A stretch of 64,000 nt of DNA from Mytilus edulis. Taxonomy: Eukaryota. Position 1 is the stretch's first letter. Every line of letters begins with the position of its first letter. The stretch covers positions 79,236,001 through 79,300,000 of the forward strand of contig NC_092352.1 in NCBI RefSeq assembly GCF_963676685.1, given 5' to 3'. The notes under the pieces are model-generated. The model was given only the letters and a program-made list of their open reading frames with translations. It was not told the DNA's origin and did no database searches. Shown one piece after another: positions 1-13,188 of this stretch. A program made the position numbers and the translations under genes.

Positions 1-210
1 AAAACGTTCTCAGATTGTGTAAAAACACGGTATACACTACATTACCATTAGTTTAGTATAAAACTATAAATTGATAAAACGTTTACCTAGCTACATCCAT
101 TCTTTCTCCAAAATCATTTTTAGCTGCAATATGTTAGGTTAAATATGCGTTATCTCTCTTTAATCAAAGATAAGTTTTATTCAAACTGTTATTTTTTTTT
201 TAGATAACTG

Positions 211-949
211 CTAGAACACACCCGTGATATCGCGGGTCCGTGACTCAATTAAAGTATATAACTATGCGCAAGCCTTATCTTAGTATTAGTACTGTCATCT
301 GATAAAGTCATGCCGATTATAAGATACACAATTTTCTCTGCTTTCAAATCTTTCTGTTTGAACCCGTCGAACTGGAACTTATCAATTATTGGTAATATTA
401 AATATTTGGAAAACAAAAGGTCCTGAAATGGAGTATTTTTTAATCAACAGCATTGTCCTATATTAGTTATAAATAAAGTTGAATTCTTTGATTCGCTGTT
501 TTACGTCATGCCCGCTAACAAATTGAAACTTATTTTTAGTCCAGATTTTTAGTATTCGTATTGTTATCTTAGAAAGTCTTACGGATTAAAATACTACAAT
601 AGGTAACAATTTGACAATTTAGTAGTGTCAACCCTGTGATTATGACCGGTTTATATAGCATATTAATCCTGAATACATCGTTTGGTGGTGCGCCTGTCAG
701 ATGCGGAACGTACAGATAAGGTCATAGGTAACAGGTGATTATACTATTGGTATCGATATCGGACTCGACCCGGAACTTCCTAATTATTGGCGATATTAAT
801 TACGTGGAAAACAAAAGGGCCTGGAGTGGTGTAATTTTTAATCTCCACCTTTGTACTATATTAGTTGTATATAAAGTTGAATTCTTTGATTCGTCGTTTT
901 TACGTGATGACGGCTGACAAAATGGACCTCGTAATTTTAGTATTATAGA
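211..949 (-). mobile_element. Non-autonomous Helitron-like element
   Basis: The minus strand starts TCTATAATAC (949) and ends with a GC-rich hairpin (CCCGCGATATCACGGG, 221-236) followed by CTAG (211-214), the Helitron 5'-TC/3'-hairpin-CTAG signature. Internal duplication at ~360-530 vs ~770-925. A diverged copy lies at ~54875-55570. Confidence 0.7.
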
Positions 950-1016
950 ATTAATCAAATCTATATGACGGAGATACAAAAATGTGTCTATAGTCTGTCA
1001 TAACAAAAGACGATTA

Positions 1017-1216
1017 CTGTAAACCAACTTATTTTCGCGGATACTTTATTTCACGGTTTACCCTTTCTAGACCACTTCGCGAAAACTTAATCTCGCGATT
1101 TTCTGAATAACTTGATGCAGTTTGAAAAGAAATATCCAAGTTTTACATATTCGCGACGATTTATATTCGTGTTATTTCTATACTCGCGAAATTTGCGAAA
1201 ATAAGCTGGTTTACAG
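1017..1216. mobile_element. MITE with terminal inverted repeats and TA flanks
   Basis: TA|CTGTAAACCAACTTATTTTCGC ... GCGAAAATAAGCTGGTTTACAG|TA. Confidence 0.75.
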
Positions 1217-1409
1217 TACCTTTTAAAACAACCTAGTCTCGCTATTTTACCTGGTCTGTACTAGCATGAGAAACACGCACGACGGGCTGGATCAGCTTAC
1301 TTTCCCGGTGCACTTGAGCTCACTCCCAGTTTTTGGTTGGTTTCGTGTTGCTTAGTCTTTTTTACTTTTCTGTGTTGTGTTTTGTTGTTTGTCTGTTTGT
1401 CTTTTTTTA

Positions 1410-3535
1410 AGCCATGGCGTTGTCATTTTGTACCTCTCGTCCTTCTTTTGTAGTTCTTGTGTTGCAAAATACAAAAATTGGAGAAGGTCATGCTTTGGTA
1501 TAGTTTCTGACTATTTTGTAATAATAGAATATCGTTCTTACAATAACATATAACTCAAGAACGAAACCTAACTGGTAGTAAGAAGACCTAGTGAGACTTT
1601 TTAGGAAGAAAATGGTATTTGTCCTTTGCTTTGGAAACTGATTGATATTGAACAAGTGTATTACCCTGAATATCAAGAGAAGAATTGTCAAACATTAAAA
1701 AGGCGCGAATCACTTTGATTGTAGTACGATTAGGGCATTTGTCTAGTCCTTTAAAGTACAAAAATAATAATTTCTTTCAAACCTTTAAAAACTATGGTTA
1801 ATTTTATCATTAAATACACAAGTGGATTTATTCTAGACATTGTGTGCAGAAATGTCTCTTGTGATGAGCTCAGTCGTCATGATTATTGCATACGTTTTCG
1901 TCAAAAAATTATATGAGCAACACTTTTATCCAATAAGGAATATATAACACATTAACATCTTCATAAAACACATATCGTATACAAATATCTTATCGGGTTA
2001 AGCTGCTAATTAATATGTTTAACACGATATCAAATTGAGGTTTTTAAGTAGCAATGGCGTTGTCAGTGTCTTTTTTTGATTTATTAGTTTGAATGTCCCT
2101 TTAGTATCTGTCGTCTCTCTTTTGTAGTTCTTGTGGTGCAAAATACAAGATTGGAGAAAGCCATACTTTTGTTCAGTTTAAACTGTTTTGCATAAATAAA
2201 ATATTGTTTCTACCGACAACAATCAAGCAATTCTCCTAATTTTACGAAAGCTAGCTGGTAGAGAGAAGAACTAGTGATACTTTTTAGTTCTACAGGAAAT
2301 AAATAGTATTTGTTCTGTACTTTGGATACTTATCGATATTTAGGTGGGTTTCAACACGTTATAGAGAGGAATTATCAATTGTCCACCATTAAAAAGGAAA
2401 CCTACTTAACGTGACATCACTTTGATTGTAGCAAAACAAACAGGGGGAGGGGCACAAATATACGACGATATATATAATTGCCTAGCCCTTAAAAGTACAA
2501 AAACTATATTTTTTTCAAACCTTTAACAACTATGCTAATTGTATTATTAAACACACAGGTTGCTTTATTCGAGAAATTGTGTGCAGAAATGTCTCTTGGG
2601 ATGTCGCCTCGACTTCATAAACGTGTAAAAATTAACGTATTTAACGATAATATTTGACCTAAAATTACTATTCATCGCATAACGTTTTGTTACAAATTAT
2701 CTGAACAACACCTTTAACCAATAAGAAATTTAAAACACATTTACATCTTGTTTTTGTACGTGTGACATTTTGTGTTTCTTGGGTACTTATGACGTGGCTC
2801 TGTAATTTTAAATATCCCGCCGTTATGTTATTTTTTTATTATAATGTCATTATGTTATCATGGTTATTGGTCTATTATAATTTTAAAAACACTTTGAACG
2901 ACACAACTATTCTATATATATTCCTGTGTGACGTTTTCATTCTAATGTCAAACACGCAACATTACACAGGAGTTGATGTGAACCTTGCAATTTGATCACT
3001 TGACGTCAAACATTTATCCTTTATGGGTTGATTTGAAATACATATATAAGTAAGCAATGAATGTGGTTGTTAAATTTAATGGATACTTTTTTGTGCTACT
3101 TTTTTAATATTTGTTTGTTCTTGTTCTAATTGAAATTGTGACACGGTAGTAACTGTTGTACCCCTATTTTGACAATTTTACTTATTATGTCTGGTTTGTT
3201 CACACATCGTTGTAAAGGTAATGGAATTTGATGCGACTGTCATACAAGTGAGAGGTTTGGCGCTATAAAACCAGGTCAATCAACCATTTTCTACATTTGG
3301 AAATGCCTGTACCAATTGCGGAACATGACAATCGTTGTCCATTTGTTTGATGTATTTTATCATTTGATGTAGTCATTTAATTAGGGACTTTCCGTTTAAA
3401 ATTTTCCTCGGAGTTCAGTATTTTTGTGATTTTACTTTTTTTTAAACACATATTGTAGCAAAATATCTTTTTAGGTAAAGCTGTTAATCATTCATCAATA
3501 TAGTTAACACGATATCAACGTGAGGTTTTCTAGTA
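1410..3535. repeat. Diverged local tandem duplication (~640-bp unit; second copy interrupted by other repeats)
   Basis: 1413-2045 is colinear with 2053-2750 plus 3444-3532. Shared strings include TTTTGTAGTTCTTGTG, ATTGTGTGCAGAAATGTCTCTTG and TTAACACGATATCAA. Confidence 0.7.
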
Positions 3536-4635
3536 ATGTTTGCTAATTGGAACATGAAGTTTGAAGCCCTTACGCCAATGCACAAGAAAAATGATGTTCA
3601 ACAAAATTATCTTTAATAAACATCAAAAGGATGTAATTTGGTACAGTTATAATACCTTTTTGTTTTTGAATTCAATCTGCCAACAATGTGACCTTATCCT
3701 ACCTGTTCCTTTGCTTTCAAGAAAATACATGTCTAAACAAGAATCTTTGCTCTCTTTCTCTATTCAGTAAACTGTGGAATTTAGGTCAAAACCCAAACAT
3801 TATACACATAAAAGTTCAAATCATAATGAACATGTGTACTAATTTTGAAGTTTTAGTGAATACATTTCTAATTATACTGTCTTATCCAAAAACTTCGGCA
3901 TTAAACATGTTAAATATAAATATTCATATTTTCACAGTCCAATTTAAAAAAAATTTATGAAGCCAAACAAACAAGTACAAAGTTGTACCACACGGCTAAG
4001 GTAATCTATGCCTTTGTTAGTCTTGTATTATTTGTTTTCTAATTTTCGTTCATTCATATGTTTTGGAGTTAAGTGTGCCGTCCATTTTCACTGAACAAGT
4101 ACATAAGTACACAATCTTATATATGCTTCGAATTCCTGAGAATAAGTTGTTTCTGTGGTCATTTGAAGTCTTTTTCTTTCGGTTTCGGCATCTCACGCTA
4201 TGGTCTCTCTTCTATTGACTGATGTTATTTATATCTTTTTATTTATCTTGTCGATCCCTAGGTAAGATTCAAAGATTCTACTGGCCATAGTTACTTTTAT
4301 TGATTTCAACGTTTTTACTATTACCTTGTAGTTGGTTAATTTGTGTAACTCCGTCATTAAACCGCAAAACATTGACTTGAATATGCAACCATTTTATATG
4401 AACATTATTTTAATTAACACATACATGCATACTGATATATCAATTATTGAATCAAATTTTAATGATTAAAGGTATACGAACATAATTGTCACGATGACAA
4501 ATACAAAGGAATAAATAAATAATTAATGCCACAACAAAGTCATTTGGTCTTTTCTGGAGAGTTGTCTCATCGGCAATCCTAGCATATCTTCCTTTTAATA
4601 CAGACAAAGAACAACTTATATAAGTATTGTTTTAT

Positions 4636-4910
4636 TCATTTCGTGCCCTCCCCCCCCCCCCCCCCCCCCCCCCCATTTTCAGAGTTCTTTTTCTTTGAGT
4701 CGTCTCTTTTTGCAAAATGAAATACAAATATGTAAATAACGAAAACTATCAGTCCTACTCCAACTTCTACCGAGTTCAATGTGTATCGCATAGCTTCAAT
4801 GTCATACAATGTGCATGCTCCTTTTGTTCCACAGGAAGTACTCCATTCTTTACATACACATGATACACTGTCAAACAAATAACCAAACACTTTCGGTGCA
4901 GGAATGAAAA
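4636..4910 (-). CDS. Terminal coding exon of an SLCO/OATP (solute carrier organic anion transporter) family gene
   Basis: Acceptor ...tatacttttAG at 4912-4911. Translation FIPAPKVFGYLFDSVSCVCKEWSTSCGTKGACTLYDIEAMRY followed by a TM segment matches the OATP signature (PxPxxFGxxxD..C..W...CG..GAC..YD) and TM12. No upstream exons were recognised in the window. Confidence 0.85.
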
Positions 4911-5044
4911 CTAAAAGTATACAATAAGAAATGTTTAGGATTAATTTATGACGGTTGTATTTGGCAAAACTTGGGAGAAATTTTTGGTTCTCAATGCTCT
5001 TTAAATTCGTACTTTATATGGCCTTATAATATGTTTTGATTCAA

Positions 5045-5086
5045 GCGTCACTGATGAGTCTTTTGTAGAAGAAATGCGCGTCTGGC
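5045..5086 (+). ncRNA. Degenerate minimal type-I hammerhead ribozyme motif in a dispersed repeat
   Basis: GCGTCA-CTGATGA-GTCTTTTGTAGAA-GAAA-TGCGCG-TC-TGGC, with mismatches in stems II and III. Confidence 0.55.
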
Positions 5087-5137
5087 TCAAATTTGAAATA
5101 TCAATCCTGGTATCTATGATGAGTTTATTCTACTTAA

Positions 5138-5692
5138 GGAGGCTCGAGGGTATAAAAATTTCAGAAAAAAAATTAACATTTGTTTTTCATTTCAAATTTT
5201 ATTTGTTACCTTTTGTAGTTGCTGATTATCATATGGTACAAAAATAATTCCAAACAAAAGATTCGTGTTGGCCCCAGATGACTTTTAAAATGTATACATC
5301 ATTAAAAAAAGTTCCAAATTATCTCCCTTTGGTGGAAAAATGCCATTTTTTGGCTTTAAAATTGAAATATCTTTTTTAACTCATCGGTGACCTATATTTT
5401 TTAATTTAATTTCCATATAAGATGTACTTAAACTAAATAATTGTAAAAATTGAGCGATTTCTGTAATAAATTTCTTTCTTTTTTTTCGATATGACCTTTA
5501 TTTCTCCTATTACTTCAACAGAAAAAAAAACACCTTTACAAAAATGTATGCTTCTTTCGAAGGCAGGTTGTGAGCGCAAATGAACGGTGACCCCACTTTT
5601 TTATTTTATTTTTCTATTAACTATAAGATAAATTTCATTTATAAAAAAATATAGAGAAATCCTATATAAATGATTTAGACCCGCGAACCCCC
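5138..5692. mobile_element. Non-autonomous TIR DNA transposon with TTAA target duplication (Kolobok-like)
   Basis: TTAA|GGAGGCTCGAGGGTATAAA ... TTTAGACCCGCGAACCCCC|TTAA. Confidence 0.75.
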
Positions 5693-8204
5693 TTAAGTAA
5701 CTAACCACGTGATAAAGACAATGTTGTTTACGATAATCTTCCGGAACAGCATACAGTCGTATAGTTTTTTCACTGTTTATGTAATTTTTAGATTGTCTGT
5801 TTTGTTTTCGATAACATCACTGAATATGATATTCATAGTTAATTTATGATCTGCACAATATATTCAATCGACTACGTTTACTGAATCCTAAATTCAAGTA
5901 TTACAGATACCATAATTATTCAACTTGAATTTGTAATTTTAATAAAGTATATCATGTAAAATTGAGAATGGAAATGGGGAATGTGTCAAAGAGACAACAA
6001 CCCGACCAAATAAAAAACAACAGCAGAGGGTCACCAACAGGTCTTCAATGTAGCGAGAAATTCCCGCACCCGGAGGCGTCCTTCAGCTGGCCCCTAAACA
6101 AATATATACTAGTCCAGTGATAATGAACGCCATACTAATTTCCAAATTGTACACAAGAAACTAAAATTAAAATAATACAAGACTAACAAAGGCCAGAGGC
6201 TCCTGACTTGGGACAGGCGCAAAAATGCGTCGGGGTTAAACATGTTTGTGAGATCTCAACCCTCCGCCTATACCTCTAACCAATGTAGAAAAGTAAACGC
6301 ATAACAATACGCACATTAAAATTCAGTTCAAGAGAAGTCCGAGTCTGATGTCAGAAGATGTAACCAAAGAAAAAAAACAAAATGACAATAATACATAAAT
6401 AACAACAGACTACTAGCAGTTAACTGACATGCCAGCTCCAGACTTCAATTTAACTGACTGAAAGATTATGATTTCATCATATGAACATCAGGCAAAATCC
6501 TTCCCGTTAGGGGTTTAGTATCATACCATCATAACATATATGATGTTAGTGAATTATATAATAAAGGAGCAAAGATTGGCGTCCAGAATATGAACCAGCA
6601 TACAATAATTTAAGTTATATAAAATGGATAAATTTGTTCGGCTAAAAATGTCAAACGCTATCAGTATTAATTACCCGAAAAAGATAGGGTATATCAGGGT
6701 AGGACTGATGGCTGACTAAATAGTAGAATGGGGCTGAATATTGAAATACTACTATTTGATAAATATTCCTAAAGTAATGAACTAGAGCAGTTCTCGCTCG
6801 GACACACACTCCATAATCTAGTATAGTATAAGAGCATATGTGTATATATTATACTTTGTAATAAAACAGTTTACTGTATAAGTGCCTATAAGACAAGGTG
6901 AAACTTAATTTACAATGGGGTATGTTGAGGTTGTTTTGAAGCATAAATTAGTTTGTATACTTTGTGTTACAGCTGACAATAAAATGATTAAAATGTGTCC
7001 TCAAAAGTTTTTTTTCTTAAAAACATAGTGACATTTATTTATTTGATAGACATCAATGATAACATGTATCGATGCTTTGTTAAATTTGGCAAAACTTCAT
7101 TATGCTCGTGATGTTGAAATGTAAATTTCTTCCCATTTATAAATTAACTCCGTGAAATTGCTTACCATTGATAGATTTGATATTTCAAAACAAAAAACCA
7201 ATACAAGTGGTATGGCAAGTTTGGGTAAACCATGCTAGTAAAGGTTGAATGTTATTCGAGAAGATTATTTTTCAAAATGAATGAAATAGAAAACGGCATC
7301 GTTTATGAAACATATTTCTATTTTTGTACAAAAGGATAGCTGTACTAAAACATGAGTTGTAAATTTTCTGCTTCATCATTTACACAATCATTTTCATTGA
7401 TTATTTTCAGCAATGTGGATGAGACATATAAAGTTAATCGTACTAAGGCATTTCATTCTGTTATTTTATTTTTCGTAAAGGCTTCCTTATAGTAATAGGC
7501 TATTAGCCAATTCCAGTAATTGACCCTGTAATTAGAGATCCCTGTCCTACTTATGTACAGTAGTTGTCGTTTGTTTATGTAATTTATACGTGTTTCTCGT
7601 TTCTCGTTTTTTTTATATAGATTAGACCGTTGGTTTTCCCGTTTGAATGGTTTTACACTAGTAATTTTGGGGCCCTTTATAGCTTGTTGTTCGGTGTGAG
7701 CCAAGGCTACGTGTTGAAGGCCGTACATTGACCTATAATGGTTACGTTTTTTTAAATTGTTATTTGGATGGAGAGTTGTCTCATTGCAATCACACCACAT
7801 ATTCCTATATCCCTGTTTTGATGTCTCCCTTTATGAGGGACATTAATTTTTATTTACAATGGAGAGCTAGCATAAAGAGCAAATTTACCTGTGCGTAATG
7901 TGAGTAATCTATCTGGTTTTCTAATCTTTCAATTACATTAATTTGTTGTTTAGTTAAATACTTTTGACATCAGAAATTATTTTTCATGAAACATTAGTTA
8001 GACCGCCGATACATCACAGTCAATTCATCATGCTTTGCGTTGGTTAAAGCCAGTTTTGTCCTGTATGGAACCAGTCTACGATTGACAAAGGGAAGTGATT
8101 TGTTTAAAAAGTGCGTAATAACAGAATCAAATCGGTATTTCGCAAATGTACTATTGCTCCATAAATTCATATAATAGATTTTTGATTTTATATCCATAAA
8201 CATC

Positions 8205-8293
8205 TTTGATTTTGACTGTGACTTTGACTTTAACTTTGACTTTGACTTTGACTTTGACTTTAACTTTGACTTTGACTTTGACTTTGACTTTGA
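8205..8293. repeat. (TTTGAC)n microsatellite
   Basis: About 14 imperfect hexamer units, read directly. Confidence 0.95.
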
Positions 8294-8711
8294 ATTTTAG
8301 AACATATATAATTATATACTAGATTCATTCCTTTATATAGTTTAAGTACCATATTTTGGTGAGTAATTATATAAACTGTGATTTACAGAGTTGATTGTAC
8401 TGATGAAGCAAGGACCCATAGTACAATATATTACAAATTAACAACTATGATTTCAAATTTCTTACGACATAATTAGCAGTAGAGAAAATAGGAGAATTTA
8501 ATACAAAGAAAATATTAACAACAACGAAAAAACTCAGGTAAAATCATAAAACCTCACATATATAAATCTGTGACCAACAGAGTTGATTGTACTGAATCTG
8601 GAAAAGTCTTGTCCATAGTACAATACAGCTCAAATTTAAAACAATGGTGATATAAATTTCTTACTAGACATTTAGCAGTACTGCAGAAAAATAGGAAATA
8701 CAAAAAATATT

Positions 8712-8867
8712 TAAGGAATGACTGTAATATGTTTTCTGTCTATGAAGAAATAACATAAAAAATTTGGTGCACACTGAATAACGCGCGTAGTGGGTTATGT
8801 AACAGTGTGCACCACATTTTTTATGTCATTTTGAATAGACAGAAAAAAATATTACAGTCATTTCTTA
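8712..8867. repeat. Long hairpin/foldback end of a ~300-bp insertion (to ~9017)
   Basis: TAAGGAATGACTGTAATAT..TTCTGTCTAT..GGTGCACACTG / CAGTGTGCACC..ATAGACAGAA..ATATTACAGTCATTTCTTA. It interrupts a degenerate ~190-bp tandem repeat (copies near 8386, 8578, 9084). Confidence 0.85.
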
Positions 8868-9902
8868 TAATTTAATTCTAGATTCCATTTTAAACCGTGG
8901 GAAAACCATGAAAAAACGTTGGCGACGTCACGGTCAAATGACGTAATTATGTCTATGGGCTGATAACAAAATAACGTCAGCCAATCAAAAGACATGTAAC
9001 ATCCAAAATTAAATTATAAACAAATACACTGAGCTCCATTGAGGTAAATCATAAAACACAACATATTTTAATCTGTGACGAACAGAGTTGACACATACTT
9101 AATCAGATGAAGTATTATCTTTATTTGACAATGATAATTATACAAATTTCTTACAAGATCTTTAGCAGTAGAGGCAATAGGAAACTCAATAAAGTTCAAA
9201 TCAAAAAGTGAAGAAGACTATAACATCTGACAAGATCAAACGTTTGATTACTGGTAGTTGGTAACTTGATTTCTTTTTTATTGAATATTTTGCAGCTAAA
9301 CTATCTCACACAATATAGAATAATTGCATATCTAAAACATTGGATGTTTGGTTAGGTTGATATGAATGAATGAATGAATGTTATAGCAGAAAAAAACATT
9401 GCGAAATCGGCGAACGTATTTAAGTTTTTTTAGCATTACACATTTATGCTGTAAATTATTTTCCGTATCATTAGTCACAATTGTAGCGGTTAAAATGGTT
9501 GACACTAGATTGGCTAACAAACTCCGAAACAGTGGTCACGTTCTCCTTTCTACGCTACGCTGACTTTTAACGTAAACTGGACCCCTGTTGTGTTCACCTA
9601 TTGCTGTACTAACTTTTGGTGCGGAGATTTAGATGAAATAGCGTACCAGTTCAACTTTTAGCGATTGCCAACAAACTCCGAAACAATGGTAATGTTCTCC
9701 TTTCTACGCTACGCTGACTTTTAGCGATTGCCCAACAAACTCGCTAGTACACTGTAAAACTGCAATTGCGACCGTCAAATCGCCAATTGACGGTGGCAAC
9801 TCTTCAACTACAGTACTATTATTCCAACCTATAATATATTAACAAGTCTTCTTATTTTTGATAGACAATCGCACATGTAATTATATTTTTTATAACATTA
9901 TA

Positions 9903-10189
9903 AATAAGAATGCGTCCCCAGTACACGGATGCCCCATCCCCACTATCATTTTCTATGTTCAGTGGACCGTGAAAATAGGGGAAATCTCTAATTTGGCTTT
10001 ACAATTAGAAAGATCATATCATAGCTATATAGGGAACATGTGTACTAAGTTTCAAGTTGATTGGACTTCAACTTCATCAAAAACTACCTCGACCAAAAAC
10101 TTTAACCAAAACTTAAACCTGAAGCGGGACGCACGAACGAACGGATGCACAGACCAGAAAACATATTGCCCATAAATGGGGCATAAAAA
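9903..10189 (-). mobile_element. DINE-1/HINE-like (Helentron-associated) short element; second copy at ~47600-47882 (+)
   Basis: Minus strand: TTTTTATGCCCCATTTATGGGCA, then a CGTT/CGTC microsatellite, a core, the inverted GGGGCAT and a short 3' stem-loop. Confidence 0.6.
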
Positions 10190-11376
10190 TAGTTGGAATC
10201 AGACAGGCGACTTTTATGTACGAATGACAGACCGTATACCTTAAAAGTATACGATAGAAATAAGCAGGTGGGGTAAGAGTGGCAATAAGACAACTCTTCA
10301 TTCAAGTCACAATTTGTAAAAGAAATCTATCGTAGGTCAAAGTACGGCCTTCAACACGGAGCTTGGCTCACACCAAACGGTAAGCTATAAAGGGCCCCCA
10401 AAAATGACTAGAAAAAAAACATTCAAACGGGAAAACTAACGGTCTAATCTATTTAAAAAACAGAAACAAGAAACAGTTATGAACCACATCAACAAACGAC
10501 AACTACTGAACATCAGGTTCCTTTTTATTCAGTTTAAAGTCCAACTTGTGACCATTCAATAATTGAAACAAACGCTCTCACATTTGTAATTTTTACTGAC
10601 AGAAGCAAGGTAATTTTGCTGTGTTTAATAGAAAAGGAAAGGATATGAGGTATCCATACAAGACACAAAATCAGTACAAGCACAGAAATATACAGAAACG
10701 AAAAAAAAAAAAGTCACAGCATTTGCATTGCTTTTTTTATTGTTTTTCTTTTGTCTTAGGACTGTGGTCTAGTTTCTTTTGAAATGAACATTAAACTGAT
10801 CTTCAAATCATTTTTCGGTGTTGTTGGTTTTTTTTTAAATCTAATTTTAAAAGATTCTAATTTTGTTTATACGATTTCTTTGTTTTCCATTTTATAAAGG
10901 AAGTCGCAGATTCAGTACAGTGAATTGTAAACTATATATCAAATCTTTACAAAAAAAAATGCACAAGATGCCATATGTTATGATTTTATGTAAAACAATG
11001 ATAGTCTTTCTTACATTAAGTAACCGCAGATCTGATCAGTTTATTTTCTGATGATAAAATCTCACAAAATCAATTGGGAAGATTTAAATTTGATAAAAAA
11101 TACTGAAGGAATTGCACGAACTGATAAATCGTAAATGATCTGCCTTTCCCTCGCAACATAACAGTTAAACATATAAAAATACATTATTCCCAGATCTAGT
11201 TTCCGATTTATACATTTATTTAGTATGACTACTCAATGTTCGTGTTATATAAATATAAGTTACTGCCATTCAACTTTATATAATATGTAGGTCTTTAATT
11301 TTTTCGATGGAAAGATCTCATGTTTGTGTTCTGATTAGAACCCTTGCCGTTTAATGTTAACTATAAAAAAAAACAC

Positions 11377-12695
11377 CTAGAGGCTCTAGAGAGCCTTTGT
11401 CGCTCATTTTTATGAAAATTGTTAAAAATTGACTATAAAGGGCAATTACTCCTGAAGAAGTCAATTGACCATTTTGATTATGTTGACTTATTTGCAGTTT
11501 CTACTTTGCTGTACATTATTTCTTATTACAGTTTATCTCTATCTATATTCAAGATACTAACCAAAAGCCGCAATTTTTTCTTAAAATTACCAATTCAGGG
11601 GCAGCAACCCAATAACAGGTTGCCTGATTTGTCTGAAAATATCAGGGCAGACAGACCTTGACATACAGAACAAATGTATCCTGTCAGATGTGTTCTAAAT
11701 ACTTTGGTTTCTGAGATTTTGAGCCAAAACTGCATTTTACCCTATGTACTATTTTTAGCCATGTCGGCCATCTTGGTTCGCAAGCCAGGTCATCGGACAC
11801 AATTTTTAAATTTGATACCATAATGATGATTGTGGACAAGTTTGGTTATATTTGTCTCAGTAGTTTCAGAGGAGAAGATTTTTGTAAAAGATTACAAAAA
11901 TTGACGAAAAATTGACTATAAAGGGCAATAACTCGTCAAGTTGTCAACTGACCATTTTGATTATGTTGACTTTTTTGTAGATCTTAATTTGCTGAACATT
12001 ATTGCTGTTTACAGTTTAACTCTATCTGTATTAATATTCGAGTTTATAACTCAAAATGGCAAAATTCAGGGGCAGCAACCAAACAACGGGTTGTCCTATT
12101 CATCTGCAAATTTCATGGCAAATAAATCTTGACCTGATAAACAATTTTACAGCATGTCAGATTTGCAGAGATATAAAAGAACTTAATAATTTTGGAAAGT
12201 ATTTATGTATTGCCGAAAAAATTCGTAATCGTTGATAGTTATCAAAAGTACCAATATTATAATTTAGTACGCCAGACGCACGTTTCGTCTACATAAGACT
12301 CATCAGTGACGCTCATATCAAAATTTTTATAAAGCCAAACAAGTAATGTGTACATCATACTTTAACTAAGATTGTTAAATAATGCTAATTAATATCATGC
12401 TCCTACATTTGTTTTTAATTGTATTAATTGCATATTAATGAATTACCTTATTGTAATATTTGTTACTTATTATATTAAATGTAATATTTATTGTACTTGA
12501 TACCTATAATCAGTATTGCTTTTGGAATAAAGAATATATATATAAGCCAAAATCTACATTTTAACCCTATGTTCGATTTTTAGCAATGGCGGCCATCTTG
12601 GTTCGTTGGCCGGGTCACCGGACATATTTTTAAACTAGAAACCCCAATGATGATTGTGGCCAAGTATGGTTAAATTTGGCCCAGTAGTTTCAGAT
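11377..12695. repeat. Repeat element with ~490-bp internal tandem units, interrupted by a hammerhead-bearing repeat
   Basis: 11410-11900 is repeated at 11905-12175 and 12540-12695 (AAATTGACTATAAAGGGCAA, GGGGCAGCAACC, GGCCATCTTGGTTCG). Terminal hairpin AGGCTCTAGAGAGCCT. Confidence 0.6.
12269..12312 (-). ncRNA. Minimal type-I hammerhead ribozyme motif (Penelope-type), intact core
   Basis: Minus strand GCGTCA-CTGATGA-GTCT(TATGT)AGAC-GAAA-C(GTGC)G-TC^TGGCGT. It has the full CUGANGA/GAAA core, stems I-III and a GUC cleavage triplet. Confidence 0.8.
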
Positions 12696-13188
12696 GTACA
12701 TTTTTCCAGATAAAATGTCTATTTGTTTAGGGGCCATCTGAACGAATTGTTTTCTTTAGTTTCTATGTTGAACATTTTTTTTTATTTTTCGTATGATTGC
12801 AATATCTTTATTTGTATGTGATGACTTACATGTTTTTGGTTAGTTTTTATTATTATTTCTTACAACGTTAAAAATTTTCTAATTTTATAAATTGACTTAG
12901 ATGGATATAAAGACTTTATCATTATGTGTTAATATGATACTTTAAAACCGTTTTGTAAATGAAAATGAAGATTGCAATGAATGTGTGAATAAATAGGTTA
13001 CTTAAAGTATGTTCTTTATGAAATAATATGTAAATCACACTAAAACTGATAAGAAATAGTTAATACAAATAAATCCAGTCACCCCTGAAATGAAAGTACG
13101 TTCCCCTGAGCAACTACAACGACTACAAGTGTTGTTAAGAAGTTTATTCATTTCCTTGTTCAACGATATTAAAATCACGGGAGTTATA

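Noticed and set aside
7161-7240. Possible minus-strand exon ending in GTAAG
   Set aside because: No OATP similarity in the two frames examined and no supporting neighbouring exon.
7453-7800. 115-aa minus-strand ORF
   Set aside because: It lies in a dispersed repeat also seen at ~10260-10520 and ~40930-41170, with no protein motif or splice support.
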